Below are positions 24,945 to 32,000 of a DNA stretch of 32,000 nucleotides, piece by piece. The DNA lies in NCBI RefSeq assembly GCF_021378375.1, contig NZ_CP076228.1, positions 1,230,001 through 1,262,000 of the forward strand. Reading direction: 5' to 3'. The notes below the pieces were generated by a model. That model worked only from the letters and a program-made list of their open reading frames with translations. It ran no database searches and had not been told where the DNA came from. Each line of letters opens with the position of its first letter. The stretch's first letter is position 1. The DNA is from Wolbachia endosymbiont of Drosophila innubila (GTDB lineage Bacteria; Pseudomonadota; Alphaproteobacteria; Rickettsiales; Anaplasmataceae). Both the position numbers and the translations under genes were made by a program.

Positions 24945-27900
24945 ATGCCGAAACGCACAGATATAGAATCTATATTAGTAATAGGAGCAGGCCCAATAGT
25001 TATAGGTCAGGCATGCGAGTTTGATTATTCCGGAACGCAAAGCTGTAAAGTATTAAAAAGCGAAGGTTATAAAGTCATTTTGGTTAACTCCAACCCCGCA
25101 ACTATAATGACAGATCCTGAGTTTTCTGATGCGACGTATATTGAGCCGGTACTGCCTGAAATCATAGAGAAAATTATAATTAAGGAGAGGCCAGACGCAA
25201 TATTGCCAACAATGGGCGGGCAAACAGCGCTCAATTGTGCAATAAAACTTGCAGATGATGAAGTGTTAGACAAATACAACGTAGAATTAATAGGGGTAAA
25301 TAGAGGAGCAATAAAAAAAGCAGAGGATAGAGAGTTATTCCGTCAGTCCATGGATAGAATAGGACTGAAATACCCCAAAAGTATCATTATAAAAAATCAA
25401 GAACAAATAAAAAAGGCTTTGGATTACGTTGGATTACCAGCAATCATTCGTTCATCATTCACTCTTGGTGGTGCAGGTAGTGGCATAGCATATAATAAAG
25501 AGGAGTTTTTCAATATCGCAGAAAGTGCTCTCAAAATTTCGCCAATAAATGAAGTTCAGATAGATGAATCAATTATCGGCTGGAAAGAGTATGAAATGGA
25601 AGTTATCCGCGATTGTAAAGATAACTGCATAATAATCTGTTCGATAGAAAATGTTGATCCGATGGGAGTGCACACCGGAGATAGTATTACGGTTGCTCCT
25701 GCTTTGACTCTGCGTGACGTAGAATACCAACAGATGAGAAATGCATCTATAGCAGTGCTGAGAGAAATTGATGTTAGTGCCGGTGGTGCAAATGTTCAAT
25801 TTGCAGTGAATCCTAAAGAAGATGGAAGCCTCGTTGTGATTGAGATGAATCCAAGGGTTTCTCGCTCTTCTGCACTTGCTTCGAAAGCAACAGGCTATCC
25901 TATTGCAAAAGTTGTAACTAAACTTGCTATTGGCTATTCGCTCGACGAAATACGTAACGACTGTGCTCCAATAATACCAGCAGCATTCGAACCAGTGATT
26001 GATTATATCGTCACTAAAATTCCTCGATTTGAGTTTGAGAAATTTAAGGGGACGAATTGTGAATTATCAACCTCCATGAAATCAGTGGGAGAAGTGATGT
26101 CTATAGGCCGCACTTTTAATGAGTCACTACAGAAAGCTTTCCGTTCACTTGAAACTGATTTTACAGGACTTGATGAAGTATTTCCTGAGAACATTGATAT
26201 TGATCACATAAAATCTCAATTAGCAAAATTGCTACCAAACAGATTACTGATTGCTGCTGACGCAATGCGCCACGGAATTAGCATAGAAGAAATAAATTCG
26301 ATTACAGGATATGACTTATGGTTTCTGCAAAATATACAGCAAATTATATTAACTGAACAAAAAATCAAGGAAAATGGATTTCCTGGAACTGCGTACGAAA
26401 TGTTAGAGCTGAAAAAAATGGGATTTTCAGATGCAAGATTAGCAAAGTTAAGTAATAGACCTACCTCTGTCATTCCAGTACCCTCTAATGTCATCCCAGT
26501 GCGTGACACTGGGATCCAGCCAGCGTTACACGCTGGAGATCGAGTAAAACAAATCGAAGAAATAAGAAAAAAATTTGGCATTAAACAAGTTTATAAACGC
26601 GTAGACACCTGTGCAGCTGAATTTGAATCGAGCACTGCTTATATGTATGGCTGCTATGAGGGTGATGTTGAAAATAAAACGGAATGTGAGGCGAATATTT
26701 CTGACCGAGAAAAGGTTGTCATTTTAGGAAGTGGTCCAAATCGCATTGGTCAAGGTATTGAGTTTGATTATGCATGCGTACATGCAGCTTCTGCCGCCAA
26801 AGAAATGGGGTATGAAACAATAATGATCAACTGTAATCCCGAAACTGTCTCAACTGACTACGATACCGCTGATCGTTTATATTTTGCACCACTCATTGCA
26901 GAGGATGTGCTTGAAATACTAAGTAAAGAGCAAGAAAATGGCACACTGGTTGGTGTAATAGTTCAAATAGGCGGTCAAACACCTTTAAAGTTAGCCAAAG
27001 TGCTTAACGAGAGAGGTTTCAAAATTCTGGGAACTTCGTTTGATTCTATTGACCTTGCAGAAGATCGCATGAGGTTTAAAAGCCTTGCTTTGCAACTTAA
27101 TTTAAAACAACCTGAAAATTCTATCTGCCATTCAGTAGAAGAAGCGTTAACCAACGCAGAAAAGGTGGGGTTTCCACTAGTAGTCAGGCCATCATATGTC
27201 CTCGGCGGTCAGTCTATGTCGATTAGACACGATACTCAGAGCTTTAAAGAGTACGTCTTAGATCAAACTAAAATCTTTGAGCATGGTTCGCTGCTTCTTG
27301 ATAAATTTTTAGTCAATGCAGTTGAGGTTGACGTTGATGCTGTATGTGATGGGGAAAAAGTTTTCATTGCAGCGGTCATGGAGCATATTGAAGAGGCTGG
27401 TATCCACTCTGGTGATTCAACATGCTCAATACCGACAAATACATTGAGTGACGAAGTAATAAAAGAGATCGAGCTCCAAACTGAGAGAATAGCATTAGCA
27501 TTAAAAGTGAAAGGTCTGATAAACATTCAGTTTGCTGTTCAAGAGAATAGACCTCTTGCAGAACCTGTTTGTGATGAGAAATCTTTAGGAAAAGTGCAGA
27601 TGAGCACCACAGAATACTCGAATGTATTTGAGGAGCGCAGACAAGCTTTGACGACAAAATTGCCTTCAGAAATCGAGTTATGCAAGAGGTCTAGTGATGT
27701 ATACATACTTGAAGTGAATTTAAGGGCTAGTCGAACCGTTCCTTTTATTTCCAAGGTAATCAATATTCCTATTGCAAAGCTTGCCACTCAGGTTATTTTG
27801 GGTAAAAAATTGAATCAGGAAAACAAGCCTTTCAATCATTTTGCAGTTAAAGCTGCTGTTTTTCCATTTACCCGCTTTGCAGGAGTTGATACTTTACTTG

Positions 27901-28400
27901 GTCCTGAAATGAAATCAACAGGAGAAGTGATGGGAATTGACTCATCATTTGAAGCTGCACTTGCAAAAACGCACATGGCTGCAGGATACAAGTTACCAAC
28001 AGAAGGAACAGCTCTGGTTTCAGTAAAAGATGATGATAAAAAGTATATATTGCCAGTTGCACGAATGTTGAAAGAACTGAGTTTTGAAATATATGCCACC
28101 AAAGGCACAGCTTCGTATCTGAACAATAACGGCATTGCTGCACAAGCTGTAAATAAAGTAAGAGAAGGCAGACCCCACATAGTTGATATGCTCAAAGATG
28201 GAAAAATAAATCTAGTGATTAATACTTCAAAAGGTGTAAAGTCAGTCTCAGACAGCAAAGATATCAGGAGAACTGCTATTTTGCAAAATATAGCTTACAG
28301 CACCACAGCTTCCGGAAGTAAAGCGTTAGTGCTTGCAATTCAATATGTAAAGAATAGCAAACTGGAAGTGAAATCATTACAGCAGATACAAAACGTTTAA
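24945..28400 (+). CDS. carB: carbamoyl-phosphate synthase large subunit, carrying two in-frame insertions
   Basis: Full-length collinearity with CarB: [84 protein letters not shown] and the MGS-like C-terminal domain. At 1151 aa it is about 75 aa longer than typical because of the insertions at 26457-26543 and 27552-27689. Confidence 0.95.
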   Translation: MPKRTDIESILVIGAGPIVIGQACEFDYSGTQSCKVLKSEGYKVILVNSNPATIMTDPEFSDATYIEPVLPEIIEKIIIKERPDAILPTMGGQTALNCAIKLADDEVLDKYNVELIGVNRGAIKKAEDRELFRQSMDRIGLKYPKSIIIKNQEQIKKALDYVGLPAIIRSSFTLGGAGSGIAYNKEEFFNIAESALKISPINEVQIDESIIGWKEYEMEVIRDCKDNCIIICSIENVDPMGVHTGDSITVAPALTLRDVEYQQMRNASIAVLREIDVSAGGANVQFAVNPKEDGSLVVIEMNPRVSRSSALASKATGYPIAKVVTKLAIGYSLDEIRNDCAPIIPAAFEPVIDYIVTKIPRFEFEKFKGTNCELSTSMKSVGEVMSIGRTFNESLQKAFRSLETDFTGLDEVFPENIDIDHIKSQLAKLLPNRLLIAADAMRHGISIEEINSITGYDLWFLQNIQQIILTEQKIKENGFPGTAYEMLELKKMGFSDARLAKLSNRPTSVIPVPSNVIPVRDTGIQPALHAGDRVKQIEEIRKKFGIKQVYKRVDTCAAEFESSTAYMYGCYEGDVENKTECEANISDREKVVILGSGPNRIGQGIEFDYACVHAASAAKEMGYETIMINCNPETVSTDYDTADRLYFAPLIAEDVLEILSKEQENGTLVGVIVQIGGQTPLKLAKVLNERGFKILGTSFDSIDLAEDRMRFKSLALQLNLKQPENSICHSVEEALTNAEKVGFPLVVRPSYVLGGQSMSIRHDTQSFKEYVLDQTKIFEHGSLLLDKFLVNAVEVDVDAVCDGEKVFIAAVMEHIEEAGIHSGDSTCSIPTNTLSDEVIKEIELQTERIALALKVKGLINIQFAVQENRPLAEPVCDEKSLGKVQMSTTEYSNVFEERRQALTTKLPSEIELCKRSSDVYILEVNLRASRTVPFISKVINIPIAKLATQVILGKKLNQENKPFNHFAVKAAVFPFTRFAGVDTLLGPEMKSTGEVMGIDSSFEAALAKTHMAAGYKLPTEGTALVSVKDDDKKYILPVARMLKELSFEIYATKGTASYLNNNGIAAQAVNKVREGRPHIVDMLKDGKINLVINTSKGVKSVSDSKDIRRTAILQNIAYSTTASGSKALVLAIQYVKNSKLEVKSLQQIQNV
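26457..26543 (+). repeat. 87-bp palindromic element inserted in frame in carB
   Basis: gtcatcccagtgcgtgacactgggatccag (26489-26519) belongs to the same family as 7676-7706 and 24593. Hairpins: cccagtg/cactggg and ccagcg/cgctgg. It encodes [29 protein letters not shown], absent from E. coli CarB between ARLAKL and the ..[12 protein letters not shown] block. Confidence 0.85.
27552..27689 (+). repeat. 138-bp element with 9-bp terminal inverted repeats inserted in frame in carB
   Basis: cctcttgca at 27552-27560 pairs with tgcaagagg at 27681-27689. It starts on a codon boundary and is 46 codons long. It sits between [11 protein letters not shown] and [19 protein letters not shown], which are contiguous in E. 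coli CarB ([27 protein letters not shown]). Confidence 0.7.
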
Positions 28401-28776
28401 ATATCAAAACTAGAATAATTCACTCTCAAAATGCTAAAGAGAACATAATAAAAAGATGGAAATTTTGAAGGAAATAGTATACCTAAAGAATCAACTAGCG
28501 TAATTGAACAGCCAAATGCTGCAACGAATGCTCCACAATCTCACCTAGAGGACACTTCCCTTATATGTTAAGAACAAGTCTTTATAAATATCAAAGTAGT
28601 GAGATTAAAGACACACAGAGAAGAGGAATCGTCACGCCCCTTGATTATAAGAATCGTTGTTCAGCAAGGTTCTCTTCTCTGGTTTATTATACTGAAAGTT
28701 CCGAATAACTGATTGAGCTTTTAGGCTCGTATATAAGGCTGGAAAATGCAGTATATGTTATTATTACGGAGGAATT

Positions 28777-29371
28777 ATGAATTCATCAAACATTATTGCT
28801 GGCATTGATGTTAGCAAAAGTAAATTAGATCTCCACATTCACCCACTTGAGCATTATAAAATATTTGAAAACAATGTACAATCCATTGATGAAATGCTGG
28901 ACTTTTTACGTTTGCATAATGTAACCAAAATTGGTCTTGAGGCAACTGGTGGATACGAAAAATTATGTGCCTATACTTTACTAAGCAATGGTTTTGAGGT
29001 GTACGTCATTCAACCAAGGTGGGAGAGACTATGCTAAAAGCCTTGGTATTACTACAAAAACTGATAAAATAGACTGCAGTATCATCTCACGTTATATTAA
29101 TAATACAGATATGCGTGTTACTCCTTTAACAGTTAGTAATGGTAATATTGATTGCTTGAAACAAAAATTATCTCGTAGAAACCAACTTGTAGAAATAGCA
29201 AAAATACAAAAAACCCAAATCCAACAGGTAACTGATACATCTATAATCAAACAAATAGAGGAACTTCTTGCAATTTTACGTAATCAAATTAAAACTTTAG
29301 AAGATGAAATGATTACATTTATCGATCAAAACCAAGAGCTTAAAAGAAAATATATATCAATAATTATATAG
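28777..29371 (+). pseudogene. IS110-family transposase remnant (frameshifted and 3'-truncated)
   Basis: N-terminal IAGIDVSKSKLDLHI...IGLEATGGYE..VYVIQP is the IS110 DEDD domain. The expected continuation RDYAKSLGITTKTDKIDCSIISRY is in another frame, with the shift near 29012-29030. The reading frame ends at 29371 before the C-terminal transposase domain, and a palindromic-element fragment (agcgggatgacgg, 29373-29385) follows. Confidence 0.75.
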
Positions 29372-29545
29372 TAGCGGGATGACGGTTTTTCAAATTATCG
29401 GTAAATCTAAGTCAGTTTAGCTATAGGCAGCAATTTTCTGTATTGATTTTAAATTGAAGAAAGCTCAAATGAAAGATCGTGTTTTGCTAAAAATCACAGA
29501 ATGCAGTCTGGTTACTATTTAAAAGGATATGTTCAAAAAACTGTG

Positions 29546-30526
29546 TCAAATCAACTCATACACTTCATGACCAACTTCATGATGAAGTTCCGCAGTTGGA
29601 TGGAAATAATCAAAAAAGAAATAATCCTTTAGTGTTTCTTTGCTACACCCAGGGTTATAGTGAACGTCAAGTTCCCCTTTAAATATCAACTTTAAGAGTA
29701 TTTTTATATTTTCTTTAAATCTCCCAACTTGGTCTGCAATGTTCGATGTGCATGCATCTTGACAATTTAAACCTTTGCTCTTGTATTCGCTAAACATACT
29801 TCTCATTTTAGAGTTAAGATCAAATGCTTTTATTTCAAGATTTGTACTTTTCTTCATATAATCTAAGCCTTTAGCCAGTTTTGCATTGAAACTCTCCGTG
29901 AGCTTTGTAGCTAGTTCCCTTGCTTCTTCATCTCTATTAAAAGCTGGTATTGAGCCAACTTCAGGTGCATTTGCAACAACTACATGCTTAACACCATGTT
30001 CATTTAGAACCTTAAGTGCATTACATATTTCACTCACTGCTTGTTCCAACACTTCTTCCGCTTTAGTATCGTCATAAGCAGTGGCAACCATAACATCATT
30101 TCCGCCGATTATGATGCAAAATAAATCTTCTTTACCTATATCTGGATGATGTTTAATTACCGCATCTAGCTGGTTAGCTAAACGAAATTTATTGAAGAAA
30201 TAAGAAAAAATAGGGTCAAAAATTTCAGATGCTGTTGCATATGAAACTGCGTAATTCTGACCTTGCTGTTCGTGGCATCTCCCAAAAAATGAATAACTCC
30301 ACCCAGGTTTAAATTCATCTAAATCTAAATATTTTGCTATATATTCAACAGCAGTAGGGCCATTGCTAAAAGATCTTCCTTGATAAAAAGGATCATCAAA
30401 TTTTACGCTTTTTGCAAAGGATAAATTATTTAAAATTCCAATGATTGCGCCATTATCGGATAAGCTATCACCCAGAACATAAAAATTTCTATACTTTGAA
30501 TTAGAATTGTCATTTTTGTTTGTCAT
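29546..30526 (-). CDS. GDSL/SGNH-family lipase or acyltransferase with no signal peptide
   Basis: All four SGNH blocks are intact: I FYVLGDSLSDNG, II SFSNGPTAVEY, III IIIGGNDV, V FFDYFHPT (DxxH). The N-terminus MTNKNDNSNSKYRN is hydrophilic. Confidence 0.8.
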   Translation of the reverse strand: MTNKNDNSNSKYRNFYVLGDSLSDNGAIIGILNNLSFAKSVKFDDPFYQGRSFSNGPTAVEYIAKYLDLDEFKPGWSYSFFGRCHEQQGQNYAVSYATASEIFDPIFSYFFNKFRLANQLDAVIKHHPDIGKEDLFCIIIGGNDVMVATAYDDTKAEEVLEQAVSEICNALKVLNEHGVKHVVVANAPEVGSIPAFNRDEEARELATKLTESFNAKLAKGLDYMKKSTNLEIKAFDLNSKMRSMFSEYKSKGLNCQDACTSNIADQVGRFKENIKILLKLIFKGELDVHYNPGCSKETLKDYFFFDYFHPTAELHHEVGHEVYELI

Positions 30527-30666
30527 AATATTTACCGTAGATTAGCATGTTGTTTCATTAGATTCATAGAAAAAGAAAAATAGCGGTGAAATTATACAAC
30601 TTTGGCCTAACTTGCTCTCCACTTTTTCCGGGCAAAATCAGCTTCTTCTTAACTTGACACGTATAC

Positions 30667-32000
30667 TTAAAAGAACCCTCTAAGTTTTCTAGCACGGCTT
30701 GGATGTTTCAACTTGCGCAGTGCTTTTGCCTCTATTTGCCTAATTCTCTCACGTGTTACATTAAAAACTTTTCCTACTTCTTCTAAGGTATGTTCCTTCC
30801 CATCTTTACCAAGGCCAAAACGCATTCTTAAAATTCTTTCTTCCTTTGGTGTTAAAGTTGCAAGAACATTGGTTGTAATGCCACGCAAGTCAGCAAGTAT
30901 TGCAGCATCCTCTGGCCTGGAGACTCGCTTGTCTTCTATACAATCACCAAAGGTACTACTATCATCTTTTCCTGTTGGAGCTTCAAGACTTACTGGATCC
31001 CTTGCTATTTTCATAACTTTGCGTATTCTTTCCAGTGGCATTGTCAGTTCTACACTCAATTCCTCTAACGTCGGCTCTCTTCCCATCTCATGAGTCATCT
31101 TTCTTAATGCTCTGTTGATTTTACTGATAATTTCCACCATATGAACTGGTATTCTAACTACTTTAGACTGCTCAGGTATTGCTCTAGTGATTGATTGTCT
31201 TACCCACCAAGTGCCATAAGTTGAAAATTTATATCCACGTTTGTAATCAAACTTATCCACGGCCTTCATAAGACCAATATTGCCTTCTTGTATCAAATCA
31301 AGCAGATCAAGGCCTCTTTTTGAATACTTCTTAGCAATGGAAACTACTAGCCTTAAGTTAGCCTTAATCATTTCTTGCTTTGCTTCAGAGACTTCTCGTT
31401 CGTGTTTTTGTATTCTCTTGATTAGCTCCTTAAATTCTTGTACGTTATCTTCCTGTATATGCTGCTTAATACCGTTCAAGGTACTAGCTATATGTTCAGA
31501 GTTATCGTCTATAAACCTTAAAAATTTGTTTTTTAATTCACCTGTAAAAGAGGACTGATTTTCATTGATCTTTAAAAGACTTACCTTTTTCAATTCGTGC
31601 TTTAAAAGCACGTCATCATAAACTTTATAGAAACTTTCTCTATCGATATCGTATTTTCTAGCCTCAGCAATAAGATTAGCCTCTTCAAGCGTAATGGATC
31701 TATTTATCTTATAAAGTTCTTGTGTAATTCTGGCAACAGCAGCATCACTTAACTTAATTTGTAATGCTATAGACCATATTTGATTATACAAATTTTCTAG
31801 CTCATTAGAGAAATTTTTAGAATTTTTTCTTAATATCAACGCTTCATTTGTTAAAGTAATTATCTCATCCAATGCAACTATGACCTTTGGCAATAAGTCA
31901 CTTTCCATTTCAAGAATAGAAACATTTAAATTGACTGAACTTATATCTTCATTATTACCGTCTTTCTCATCATCACTTTTTTTACTATCTTTCTCATCAT
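30667..32000 (-). CDS. rpoD: RNA polymerase sigma factor RpoD (N-terminus outside window)
   Basis: Regions 2 to 4 are present: [80 protein letters not shown]. The frame stays open upstream of the ATG at 31908 through the window edge (..[31 protein letters not shown]..). Confidence 0.95.
   Translation of the reverse strand, partial: DEKDSKKSDDEKDGNNEDISSVNLNVSILEMESDLLPKVIVALDEIITLTNEALILRKNSKNFSNELENLYNQIWSIALQIKLSDAAVARITQELYKINRSITLEEANLIAEARKYDIDRESFYKVYDDVLLKHELKKVSLLKINENQSSFTGELKNKFLRFIDDNSEHIASTLNGIKQHIQEDNVQEFKELIKRIQKHEREVSEAKQEMIKANLRLVVSIAKKYSKRGLDLLDLIQEGNIGLMKAVDKFDYKRGYKFSTYGTWWVRQSITRAIPEQSKVVRIPVHMVEIISKINRALRKMTHEMGREPTLEELSVELTMPLERIRKVMKIARDPVSLEAPTGKDDSSTFGDCIEDKRVSRPEDAAILADLRGITTNVLATLTPKEERILRMRFGLGKDGKEHTLEEVGKVFNVTRERIRQIEAKALRKLKHPSRARKLRGFF

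Overview
AT-rich chromosomal segment. The gene content, an alpha-proteobacterial-type 5-aminolevulinate synthase, multiple VirB2 pilin paralogs and abundant short palindromic repeats (gtcatcccagtg...gggatccag and cgtcataccgcg...cgcggtatgacg types) point to a Rickettsiales endosymbiont, most likely Wolbachia; this is recognition, not a database search. Most of the window is housekeeping: surA-like (5' truncated by the window), 5-formyl-THF cyclo-ligase, elbB, ftsI, ispH, htpG, hemA, a suhB-like gene, efp, rimM, argD, a sensor histidine kinase, bcp, recF, a yihY-family gene, an SDR, carB and rpoD (runs off the right edge). No tRNA, rRNA or CRISPR array was seen. Non-housekeeping content: (1) a ~0.5-kb composite non-coding repeat in three copies. 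Each carries an identical TTGACA-N17-TATCAT promoter-like site and two ~150-bp tandem units ending in a hairpin plus T-run. Two copies form a ~1.3-kb palindrome filling the ispH-htpG spacer, and the third overlaps the recF stop codon and points antisense into the pilin genes. (2) Three tandem VirB2/TrbC-type pilin paralogs with an invariant core and variable exposed ends, plus a relic of a fourth. (3) Two palindromic elements inserted in frame inside carB. (4) A small islet between carB and rpoD holding a decayed IS110 transposase and an intact GDSL/SGNH lipase with no signal peptide. (5) A 921-aa orphan protein apparently co-transcribed with htpG. (6) Degenerate or split genes: a suhB-like gene with altered metal ligands, a PyrK-like protein lacking its FAD domain, and a pair of ORFs separated by one in-frame TAG. 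All functional calls rest on motif and architecture recognition by eye.
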